Made by a program: the position numbers and the translations under genes. Below, in pieces: positions 56,704-64,000 of a stretch of 64,000 bases of DNA. The number at the start of each line of letters is the position of its first letter. Positions within the stretch are counted from its first letter, which is position 1. Source of the DNA: a phage; sequence record PZ386951.1; one strand, written 5' to 3'. The notes beneath the pieces are model-generated. The model saw only the letters and a program-made list of their open reading frames with translations, was not told the origin of the DNA and searched no databases.

Positions 56704-57672
56704 TTATTTCAGAAGAGTAACCTCAGCAATTTCTTCCCAACCGTTTTTGTCGGTCATAATAAAGTCAGCAAGATAAAGTGCAGTACGCAGTGAAACATTG
56801 CGTAAACGATTAACATTGACTTTCATCCATGATAATGCTTTATAAGTTTCTTCATCAGAAAGACCGCGCTTTTGCATCATGTCAGTTGAAAGAATAACAT
56901 CTTCAACCCTGACCATAATTTCTTCATTAGTGTGAACACCCAAATCCAAATAAACTGAGCGGGACACTAATGCTTGTAAATGTGGAGCAAGTTTAGTACC
57001 ACGGTCTAATTCGCGGTCAATGTCAACGTTTGTGATAAAAACAATCGTTCCTTTAAATTCAAACTCACGCTCAATGCCTTTTTCTTCTAAGTAAGAAGAT
57101 GCAGTGCTCCAGCAGACTTTACGGGTCTCTCCGGTGTCCAGAGCAGCTTTCAGAAGATTAAGAATGTCCATATCAGAGAAAACATCCACATCATCAATCA
57201 AAAGGACAGAATTCTCTTCACGATTATTCCAGAGCTGTTCATAAAGACCGATACCAGAGATTTTACCGTTAATGCTTTTATACTCAATGTATCCAATATC
57301 ATTTGCTTTATTTAAAGCTTTATCTAAAGAATACGTTTTACCAATACCCGCCGCACCAGAGATAATTAATGAACGAATGTTTCCGTTAATAATACCATTC
57401 GTCATCATTCCCATAACATTAAATCTTTTATTAATGCGGGTTTTCATATCTTCATATGATTCTTTAACTTCTTCAACTTTTACACCATCATATGAAATGT
57501 CTGATTTGTAAACCCAAACACCACGACGTTTACCGTCAATTTCAACAAAAACTTTACCATCTCCTTGTGCATCTACCGGAGCATTATCTGGGAACCATTC
57601 GCCTAAGAGCTCAAAAGTTCCAGAGATTTCTTTACCGAAGTAGATACCCTTATTGATAGTTACAGTTTTCAT
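56704..57672 (-). CDS. AAA+/P-loop ATPase (DnaC/IstB-like Walker motifs)
   Basis: About 322 aa from MKTVTINKG (GGAGAA RBS); Walker A GAAGIGKT, Walker B LLIDDVD, sensor-like FITNVD. Confidence 0.65.
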   Translation of the reverse strand: MKTVTINKGIYFGKEISGTFELLGEWFPDNAPVDAQGDGKVFVEIDGKRRGVWVYKSDISYDGVKVEEVKESYEDMKTRINKRFNVMGMMTNGIINGNIRSLIISGAAGIGKTYSLDKALNKANDIGYIEYKSINGKISGIGLYEQLWNNREENSVLLIDDVDVFSDMDILNLLKAALDTGETRKVCWSTASSYLEEKGIEREFEFKGTIVFITNVDIDRELDRGTKLAPHLQALVSRSVYLDLGVHTNEEIMVRVEDVILSTDMMQKRGLSDEETYKALSWMKVNVNRLRNVSLRTALYLADFIMTDKNGWEEIAEVTLLK

Positions 57673-57710
57673 TTTTATTCTCCAAATCTGTATCAGTAGT
57701 TGATAGTTGT

Positions 57711-57740
57711 ATAGTACCATAAAGCTTTATGCTTGTAAAC
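57711..57740 (-). promoter_or_regulatory. T4-type early promoter upstream of the ATPase gene
   Basis: ATAGTACCA at 57711-57719, GTAAAC at 57735-57740. Confidence 0.6.
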
Positions 57741-57770
57741 AACTTTGTGAAAAATTTTTGAAATAAAAAT

Positions 57771-57786
57771 GGAGCCCGAAGGCTCC
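57771..57786 (-). terminator. GC stem-loop (UUCG loop) 3' of the nucleotidyltransferase gene
   Basis: GGAGCC CGAA GGCTCC. Confidence 0.5.
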
Positions 57787-57789
57787 CTA

Positions 57790-58803
57790 TCATTTATAAT
57801 AACTTCGGTGGTTTTCAAGATAGACCTTCTCAAGGAAGTCATCCCAGAAACTCATGTCTACTTTTTGCTGCATACCGTTCTTAGAAGCTTCAGTAGATGC
57901 TGCTTCTACTTGATCGACCACATCTTCCAAAAACTCTTGAACCGTTTTAAATGGATGTTTACCCAACTTCACGTCGAGAATAAATGGAGCATCTTGGAGT
58001 GGATAAACTAAGTCGCCAGTTTTGTAAATTTCCAATAGTTGGAGTCCACCACGGCAAGCATGACTCAGAGCTTTCCAGTCAATACCTTCATTGGCTTCGG
58101 CCTTACGAGCACGTTCACCATATTCAGCATCTAATTTGTTCAGTGACTGCTTAAGCTCAATAAGAGAAAGCGTTGTCTGATATTTACGACCCAACACAGT
58201 GTAGAACGTTTGTGGGCCTGTTTTCTCATGATTATGGAACACCCATTCACAGAATTCGTTTTCTGGAAGACGATGCTTAATATCTTCAACTTTAGTGCGA
58301 CGCTGCTTAATGGAACCGTCTTCTTGGTAATCAACCCATTGCTCGGGGATTTGATTAACTACTTTCAATACATCACGTAATGCAGCCAAACGAGAACCCT
58401 TGACACCGTATTTAGAAGCTTGCTTGCGGACATATCCTAAATAGGATTTCATGTTAGTCGTATAAAAACGAGAACGGTTGTCTTGAATAAACTTCCACAC
58501 GTCAGGCAAATCAGATTTAACAACTAGTTCAGGTGGAGTGTGGAGCATATCCAATGCTACAGTTTCACCATCTGCTGCTAATTTAAAGAAATACTTAAGA
58601 CTATACAATTCGTGGTCAATATCATCTTTAGTGTTTTTAGATGATGTGTTGTTGGTATTTTTACTCATATGCTCTTTAACATTTCCGATAAGAATATCGC
58701 GAGCAGGAGGAATAAAGATTTCTTTAAAATCTACATCAGATTCTGGAGTAGAAGTTCCATAAAGATGACTACCAAAATAGCTTTTCATTACTGTTTTCAT
58801 CAT
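57790..58803 (-). CDS. Pol-beta-superfamily nucleotidyltransferase-like protein
   Basis: 337 aa; N-terminal FGSHLYGTSTPESDVDF fits the GS-x(9-13)-DxD NTase signature, with downstream acidic candidates (DIDHE, ALDMLH). Confidence 0.6.
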   Translation of the reverse strand: MMKTVMKSYFGSHLYGTSTPESDVDFKEIFIPPARDILIGNVKEHMSKNTNNTSSKNTKDDIDHELYSLKYFFKLAADGETVALDMLHTPPELVVKSDLPDVWKFIQDNRSRFYTTNMKSYLGYVRKQASKYGVKGSRLAALRDVLKVVNQIPEQWVDYQEDGSIKQRRTKVEDIKHRLPENEFCEWVFHNHEKTGPQTFYTVLGRKYQTTLSLIELKQSLNKLDAEYGERARKAEANEGIDWKALSHACRGGLQLLEIYKTGDLVYPLQDAPFILDVKLGKHPFKTVQEFLEDVVDQVEAASTEASKNGMQQKVDMSFWDDFLEKVYLENHRSYYK

Positions 58804-59261
58804 TCAGCCTTATATTCAATAACAGGACATACTTTAGCTTTACGCGCTTTTAAAAATTCGACGATAACCGATTTCTTGGGTTGAATAGGAGGTAAACCCT
58901 TATACGCCCTATCAATATTTTCTACATGTAAAGCATAATCCTTTTTCCATTTATAATCTTTATATTTTTCATGCAGTTGTGCAGGAATAACAAATGAACC
59001 AATAATAAGTAAAACAAGCAAAATGGCAAGTATAAATGCTGATGGAATAAGAGTCCATAAACTACCAAAAATAAGCCATTTCTGTATGATTTCTGCGCAG
59101 ATAATAGTTAGACCTGCGAGTATAGTACATCCGAAAAAAGAAACGAAAAATGTAGGAATAACAATAGACCAAAAGTATGCACACAGTGTCTTAGGTCGTT
59201 TCCATTCGTCGTTAAACATTTTGAATAATTTATAATGCCAAGAGCTTTCATTAATAATCAT
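58800..59261 (-). CDS. membrane protein (153 aa, two TM segments), translationally coupled to the NTase gene
   Basis: Stop overlaps NTase ATG (ATGA); hydrophobic segments FWSIVIPTFFVSFFGCTILAGLTIICA and LIPSAFILAILLVLLIIGSFVI. Confidence 0.55.
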   Translation of the reverse strand: MIINESSWHYKLFKMFNDEWKRPKTLCAYFWSIVIPTFFVSFFGCTILAGLTIICAEIIQKWLIFGSLWTLIPSAFILAILLVLLIIGSFVIPAQLHEKYKDYKWKKDYALHVENIDRAYKGLPPIQPKKSVIVEFLKARKAKVCPVIEYKAE

Positions 59262-59263
59262 AA

Positions 59264-59785
59264 TTATCCTTTCATTGAAGGTGTAACAGTTGTTAAATAC
59301 TTAATCATAGCTTCAGCTTCTGATTTTGACAATGAAATTTCTCCATTGTTTTGACGAATAGAAATAAAATCCGGATGACGGTCACCACCAGCTTTTAAAA
59401 CACACATATAAGTATCAGTTTCATCTTCAATATCTGAAATGATTGAAGCAGTTCCGCATGAATGTGGTTTTTGATAAATCAATGCAGCTTTTCTTCCACC
59501 GTTTGACTGTTCATAAACTTTTAACACATCAAACAAATCACTTCTTTTATCAATAGCTAAGATGTTGTTTTCATCTTCAATGTTAAATCCTTCGGATACT
59601 TCATAAAGTGTCACCCATAAATCGCCAATATCAATGACAGCATTCACCTTTCCATGATTTTCAAGAGCATTACAAATTTTCTTAATTTCATCATAACTCA
59701 TTTTAATAATATCATCTCCTTGAATAAAGAAGATGTCATTTTTAAATTCAACGCGAATTAAACCACTTTCACTTGAAATAAACAT
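59264..59785 (-). CDS. hypothetical protein (173 aa), paralog pair member
   Basis: GAGGAAATAT RBS; C-terminus ISLSKSEAEAMIKYLTTVTPSM resembles that of 59792..60325. Confidence 0.55.
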   Translation of the reverse strand: MFISSESGLIRVEFKNDIFFIQGDDIIKMSYDEIKKICNALENHGKVNAVIDIGDLWVTLYEVSEGFNIEDENNILAIDKRSDLFDVLKVYEQSNGGRKAALIYQKPHSCGTASIISDIEDETDTYMCVLKAGGDRHPDFISIRQNNGEISLSKSEAEAMIKYLTTVTPSMKG

Positions 59786-59791
59786 ATTTCC

Positions 59792-60325
59792 TCACTTTGA
59801 AATCATAGTTGGAATGACAGAATCAAGATAAGTCTTTAGCGCAATAGCTTCGTCTTTGGTAAATGTGACAATATGCGATCGAAAATCGTCAATTTGACGA
59901 ATAGTTAAGACATCTCCCTCTTCATAACATTTTGATACATTTAAAAGAGTTTCATCATTCTGATTGCAAGCGTTAGTAATAATAGCATTGCAATTTTTGA
60001 GCCATTTTAAACTATGTTTTCTTTCATTAGAATAATAAAAATATTTAATCTTAGCTATAAAACTATCCCAATGGATAACTGATAAACACATTGACTCACT
60101 TTTAATATTAAATCCTGGGCATGAAGAATAAAAATGAATTTTGTGCTCATCATTGATGCTTACTATTTTATCAGTATAAGGATATTCAATTTGGGTTAAA
60201 TGAATAATTTCACTAGGTGTAAAATACATCATATCGTCTTCTTGCGTCAAACGATACATATTATTTACTTTTTCTATAGCCAATTCACCAAAAAGTGGAC
60301 TAACTTCTAATACTAATCGTTTCAT
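59792..60325 (-). CDS. hypothetical protein (about 177 aa), paralog pair member
   Basis: Start at first ATG (MKRLVLEV...; track start GTG); C-terminus VTFTKDEAIALKTYLDSVIPTM. Confidence 0.5.
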   Translation of the reverse strand: MKRLVLEVSPLFGELAIEKVNNMYRLTQEDDMMYFTPSEIIHLTQIEYPYTDKIVSINDEHKIHFYSSCPGFNIKSESMCLSVIHWDSFIAKIKYFYYSNERKHSLKWLKNCNAIITNACNQNDETLLNVSKCYEEGDVLTIRQIDDFRSHIVTFTKDEAIALKTYLDSVIPTMISK

Positions 60326-60493
60326 ATTGATTCTCTTCGACTCGCTCACAATTACATACTCCTTTGAATCATATCAATAATATTGTTCACCAAATTATAA
60401 GTAAACATTGGGTAATTATATTGAATCATCACATACACAACAAACAAAATTTTCATTCTCTTCTCCTTGACAGTTGGCAAGATTACTATACCA

Positions 60494-60524
60494 TAACCTT
60501 GCCAACTTGTAAACCATTAAATGA
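60494..60524 (-). promoter_or_regulatory. T4-type early promoter
   Basis: TACTATACCA at 60494-60503, GTAAAC at 60519-60524. Confidence 0.55.
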
Positions 60525-60679
60525 CGTTTTCAATAAAATTCTGAAGCTTTGTATGAGCATCAACCATGATTTTCATTTCTTCCTTTGCGAAAGCTGTACC
60601 TCTTTCCCGAGCAGAATACTCATAGTCAGAAACTGCATTAGCATATTCTTCAATTAGTTTCATTAAAAACATCTGCTTT

Positions 60680-60874
60680 TCAGTTTTCATTATTCCACCT
60701 AATCATTTCAAGGTATTGAACTAACTTAGCTTTGGATTTATCCAAATCCTTTTTAGCTGCTTCTATACCGTCGTATGAATATCCTTCACAATGCTCAACT
60801 GCTAATTGATATGAATCTATTTCAATATCACGTGCTAATTTAATGATTTTTTCAAACTGTTCGCGTGTTAGCAT
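60680..60874 (-). CDS. hypothetical protein (64 aa)
   Basis: Minus ORF with ATG start. Confidence 0.5.
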   Translation of the reverse strand: MLTREQFEKIIKLARDIEIDSYQLAVEHCEGYSYDGIEAAKKDLDKSKAKLVQYLEMIRWNNEN

Positions 60875-60876
60875 AC

Positions 60877-61080
60877 TTAAACTCTCGTATTATGATCGAT
60901 AATTTCATCAAGAAACATATCTAACGCTTCTAAAGCATTATCAACTTTAGCTTCAAGTTCATCAATACCTTTATTTGCAATGCCTGACGAAAACCAAGCA
61001 AAGTCACTAAGTTCCTCATCTGCTTTACGAATTGAAGCCACTAATTCCTTGATTTTATCTGCTTGCTCTATACTAATCAT
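60877..61080 (-). CDS. hypothetical protein (about 67 aa)
   Basis: Start at ATG 61078-61080 overlapping upstream stop (ATGA); track start GTG. Confidence 0.45.
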   Translation of the reverse strand: MISIEQADKIKELVASIRKADEELSDFAWFSSGIANKGIDELEAKVDNALEALDMFLDEIIDHNTRV

Positions 61081-61268
61081 TATTCCACCACATATGAAAG
61101 AGAGAATATTGCACACGCCATGTGAGTTGCAACTTCATCACACATATTATAACGTTTCTTAAGAAGTTCTACAAGTTCTTCACTAGTGACTTCATCCATG
61201 TCGACGAAAAAATCGCCATTAATGATGACATAGATATTTCCTTCTTGATTAAGTGCTTCAATTTTCAT
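61080..61268 (-). CDS. hypothetical protein (62 aa)
   Basis: ATG start downstream of early promoter. Confidence 0.5.
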
Positions 61269-61295
61269 GATGTTCTCCTCTTTATCCGATGGTTG

Positions 61296-61326
61296 TATAG
61301 TACCGCGGCTCAGACGGAAAGTAAAC
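61296..61326 (-). promoter_or_regulatory. T4-type early promoter
   Basis: TATAGTACC at 61296-61304, GTAAAC at 61321-61326. Confidence 0.5.
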
Positions 61327-61342
61327 CGGTAAAATGAAAAAA

Positions 61343-61358
61343 GTCTCCCGAAGGAGAC
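61343..61358 (-). terminator. GC stem-loop (UUCG loop) 3' of rI.-1
   Basis: GTCTCC CGAA GGAGAC. Confidence 0.5.
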
Positions 61359-61363
61359 TAATG

Positions 61364-61750
61364 TTATTCGAGGGAAAGAAGATACTTACTCTGGTAAAAC
61401 ATTCCAGTAATATCATCTATCGTGCTTTGGATGGCTGGAGGCATTTCTTTATAAATGCTGTTAGATTGGTCTAGTATGCGATCAATCATTTTAATTGTGT
61501 CGGTAGGAAGTTTACTGGCATCTGGAATTGAAGGCGTGTATTTTCTACCAGAATACCCCAAATATTGCTCACCAAATTTATCAATCAAATCTGGCAACTC
61601 GGAGAAAATAAAATCGTATGCTTTGTGTCTAGCATAACTTTTAGTTTCAAAATGTGCAGAATGAAAATAAGCTTGTGCAGCCATTAATAAACCTAAGTAT
61701 TCATCTGCCTTTGAAGGTTTTCCACTTTGTGAAAAGTCGCTGAATTTCAT
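61364..61750 (-). CDS. hypothetical protein (128 aa), rI.-1 position
   Basis: Minus ORF, 4-nt overlap with rI. Confidence 0.55.
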
Positions 61751-62040
61751 TCAGTCTCCAATTTAATGTTCATAATTCTAGCGTATGATTGTGCCATCTC
61801 CGCGCCTCGTTCTATACATTCAAAATCAGAAGAGCACGGGTCATTTTTATAGGTCGTTCTCATAAAACTATAGAATTGTTCAGACGATTCTACGCTTTTA
61901 TTTTCAAAAAGCATATAAACGTGCCTAATACCAGATTCCATAAATTTATCAAAATGAGGATCGACATTCGCTTCAATCGATGGAGATAAAACAAATGACA
62001 ATCCTAGCATGGCAAATAGTGCCGTTGCTTTTAAGGCCAT
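61747..62040 (-). CDS. rI: RI lysis-inhibition regulator
   Basis: 97 aa with N-terminal signal-anchor MALKATALFAMLGLSFVLSPSIEA; same length and position (next to tk) as T4 RI. Confidence 0.8.
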   Translation of the reverse strand: MALKATALFAMLGLSFVLSPSIEANVDPHFDKFMESGIRHVYMLFENKSVESSEQFYSFMRTTYKNDPCSSDFECIERGAEMAQSYARIMNIKLETE

Positions 62041-62052
62041 AAAGGCCTCCTA

Positions 62053-62265
62053 TCATTTTTGCCCTGTATTTACTTTATGCCGATGCACGGCCTTAACTTT
62101 ATCAAGGTATTTTTCAAAATTTCGCAATCTAGTATAGTCTGCCGGAGATTGGTTGAGTGATACTTCTCGACGCAAAGCTGAAATGATATTTCCAACTTCC
62201 CTACGAATTTCATCTAATTGAAGAACAGTAAGATTGCGAAGTTGCTTTTCAGTTAATTGTAGCAT
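62053..62265 (-). CDS. hypothetical protein (70 aa), rI.1 position
   Basis: ATG with AAAGGGG RBS about 26 nt downstream of a TATAAATA late promoter. Confidence 0.55.
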
Positions 62266-62290
62266 ATATACCCCTTTAGTTAGATAAACT

Positions 62291-62298
62291 TATTTATA
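62291..62298 (-). promoter_or_regulatory. T4 late promoter TATAAATA
   Basis: Plus TATTTATA = minus TATAAATA upstream of 62053..62265 and rI. Confidence 0.6.
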
Positions 62299-62307
62299 AC
62301 TTTTGCA

Positions 62308-62889
62308 CTAACCGAGCTTTTTAGTTAATTCATTCCAATGTTTTCTACACAAAGAAACATAAATTTCATCACCAATACAGATTTGATTACCTTCTTTAAC
62401 GGGTGTTCCATCTTCCATTAATCGAGCTGTCATAATCGCTTTTTTTCCGCAATGACAAACTGCCTTCAGTTCAATAAGTTTATCTGCAATCGCTAAAAGT
62501 TCTTTAGAACCTTCAAATAATTTTCCGGCGAAATCAGTCCTTAATCCATAAGCCATAACAGGAACATTATATGTATCAACAATTCGGCTCAATTGATGCA
62601 CTTGTTCAGTTTTTAAAAACTGAGCTTCATCTACAAATACGCAATGAATATCTTTTTGTGCTTCAGCCCATTTATAGAACTCGAAAATATCCATATCATC
62701 TGTAATAATATTCGCTTCCTGTTTAATTCCAATGCGAGAAACAACTTCACAGACAGAATCGCGAGTATCAATAGCAGGCTTAAGAACTAATACACTCATT
62801 CCACGCTCTTTATAATTATGAGCAGCAGTCAAAAGAGAAGCAGATTTTCCAGCATTCATTGCTGCATAAGTAAAAATTAAACTCGCCAT
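62308..62889 (-). CDS. tk: thymidine kinase
   Basis: 193-aa ORF, same length as T4 Tk; P-loop AAMNAGKS; C-terminal zinc cysteines. Confidence 0.92.
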   Translation of the reverse strand: MASLIFTYAAMNAGKSASLLTAAHNYKERGMSVLVLKPAIDTRDSVCEVVSRIGIKQEANIITDDMDIFEFYKWAEAQKDIHCVFVDEAQFLKTEQVHQLSRIVDTYNVPVMAYGLRTDFAGKLFEGSKELLAIADKLIELKAVCHCGKKAIMTARLMEDGTPVKEGNQICIGDEIYVSLCRKHWNELTKKLG

Positions 62890-62898
62890 ATCACCTTC

Positions 62899-63084
62899 TT
62901 AAAGCGTATTCACATAAGCTATTAATTCATTTTCTTTCTTATCAAACCGATCAGCAAATTCTTCCTGCTGTTCGGGAGATAGCGGGCCGTATTCATCATA
63001 AAAGGTGTTTGCTTCTGTATGCTCATCTAGAAGTTCATGGATAAGCTCAAACAATTTATCTTTTTGTTCTTTACTCAGACTCAT
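62899..63084 (-). CDS. hypothetical acidic protein (about 61 aa)
   Basis: Start at ATG overlapping upstream stop (track start TTG). Confidence 0.45.
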   Translation of the reverse strand: MSLSKEQKDKLFELIHELLDEHTEANTFYDEYGPLSPEQQEEFADRFDKKENELIAYVNTL

Positions 63085-63293
63085 AACCATGTCACCTTTA
63101 AGCAATATTCTTCTACATGTTGTTTACGACCTTTCTTATCAATAAAGGTATATTCAACGAATGTTCCAATGTAGTCTTTATCTACATCATGTGGACTATT
63201 AATTGGACATTTAGTACGGCAAATGCGTTCCCATTGACGAATAATTACTGCTTTGTTTTTAGGATCAAACGGATGTGGGTAATGTACTTTCAT
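63081..63293 (-). CDS. hypothetical protein (70 aa)
   Basis: Minus ORF with ATG start. Confidence 0.5.
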   Translation of the reverse strand: MKVHYPHPFDPKNKAVIIRQWERICRTKCPINSPHDVDKDYIGTFVEYTFIDKKGRKQHVEEYCLKVTWL

Positions 63294-63744
63294 AATCCAC
63301 CACTATTAAATCAATATCAGGAGTAAACATGTCGATTAATTTAGAAACCTTATCCCAATCACCGCCAGCAATACCACAACCTATGCGTGGAATGTAAATT
63401 ACCGGTTTAAACAAAAGGGTTTCTGCCTGTAGATTTAATTCTATCATGCAGTTTACTAAAGCACCATAATCAAGATTAGGACCTGGTTCGTATTGCGTAT
63501 ACAAGTTATAACATATGCCAAAACCATTAGGTTTATGTTTAAAAACAATAGACATATCGCCTAATTTATCACGAGAACCGTACTCAGTAGTGGTTTTATC
63601 TATTTCTAAAATTTTGGGATAGGCTCTTGCTAATTGACCCGCTACACCTGAACCCATAGTATGAAAACAATTGCACCCGTGCGCAATAATATTACCTTCA
63701 AGAAAGAGGGCGACAATATCGCCCTTGATATATTTTACAATCAT
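63265..63744 (-). CDS. macro-domain-like protein (candidate ADP-ribose binding / hydrolase)
   Basis: 159 aa; YIKGDIV...IAHGCNCFHTMGSGVAGQLARAYP resembles the macro-domain GDI[TV]...NAAN...GGGVAGAI signature. Confidence 0.55.
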   Translation of the reverse strand: MIVKYIKGDIVALFLEGNIIAHGCNCFHTMGSGVAGQLARAYPKILEIDKTTTEYGSRDKLGDMSIVFKHKPNGFGICYNLYTQYEPGPNLDYGALVNCMIELNLQAETLLFKPVIYIPRIGCGIAGGDWDKVSKLIDMFTPDIDLIVVDYESTLPTSV

Positions 63745-64000
63745 CTAGTACTCAATCCTCGATTATAAGAATCTACCAAACGGTCAACCATTGAATGACA
63801 AGCGGCTTTATCTTTCTCCTCCGCAACTGAACATTCTAAAGTATTCCACTTTTTAGCATATCGTTTTAATAATGTATCGTTTTTGTATCTGCTTGATTTA
63901 TCTCTTTCTCCGTCTTTATATGCATATATTAATTTCTGTGCAAATTCAGCTTGGCATGCTTTATTTTTCCCACAATAATCTGCCGCAGTGCGGTTTACAT
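63741..64000 (-). CDS. hypothetical protein, 5' end cut by window edge
   Basis: Open minus-strand frame ending with TGA at 63741-63743 (ATGA overlap with next gene); N-terminus outside window. Confidence 0.45.
   Translation of the reverse strand, partial: VNRTAADYCGKNKACQAEFAQKLIYAYKDGERDKSSRYKNDTLLKRYAKKWNTLECSVAEEKDKAACHSMVDRLVDSYNRGLSTR

Overview
This window is a contiguous block of a T-even (T4-like, Tequatrovirus-type) coliphage genome, with nearly every gene on the minus strand. Gene order is collinear with the T4 early/middle region: motA, 52, ac, stp, ndd, denB, rIIB, rIIA, 39, motB, dexA, dda, srd, modA, modB, soc, 56, dam, 61, sp, dmd, 41, uvsX, a glucosyltransferase, 42, imm, 43, regA, 62, 44, 45, rpbA, 46, 47, a-gt, 55, nrdH, nrdG, nrdD, 49, pin, nrdC, a block of about 11 uncharacterised genes, rI.-1, rI, tk. 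All assignments are from reading the translations, protein lengths and synteny from memory; no database search was run. Several differences from T4 itself point to a T2/T6-type relative: gene 39 is one unsplit ORF with no gene 60 or mobA, nrdD has no intron, segF is absent between soc and 56, and a GT-A-type glycosyltransferase sits at the beta-gt locus. Regulatory signals are dense and readable: about 17 T4-type early promoters, a few MotA-box middle promoters, two TATAAATA late promoters, and about 15 GC-rich stem-loops whose transcript loop is UUCG. The candidates most worth a second look are: (1) a Pol-beta-type nucleotidyltransferase gene translationally coupled to a 2-TM protein gene and followed by an AAA+ ATPase gene; (2) a putative PD-(D/E)xK nuclease gene coupled to dam, with a divergent small membrane ORF; (3) four tandem paralogs with C-terminal coiled coils; (4) a macro-domain protein after tk; (5) a GIY-YIG/NUMOD homing endonuclease inserted between 45 and rpbA. 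Some of these probably correspond to conserved but uncharacterised T4 nrdC.x/tk.x ORFs; I cannot confirm that without a search. No tRNA, CRISPR array, integrase or transposase was recognised.
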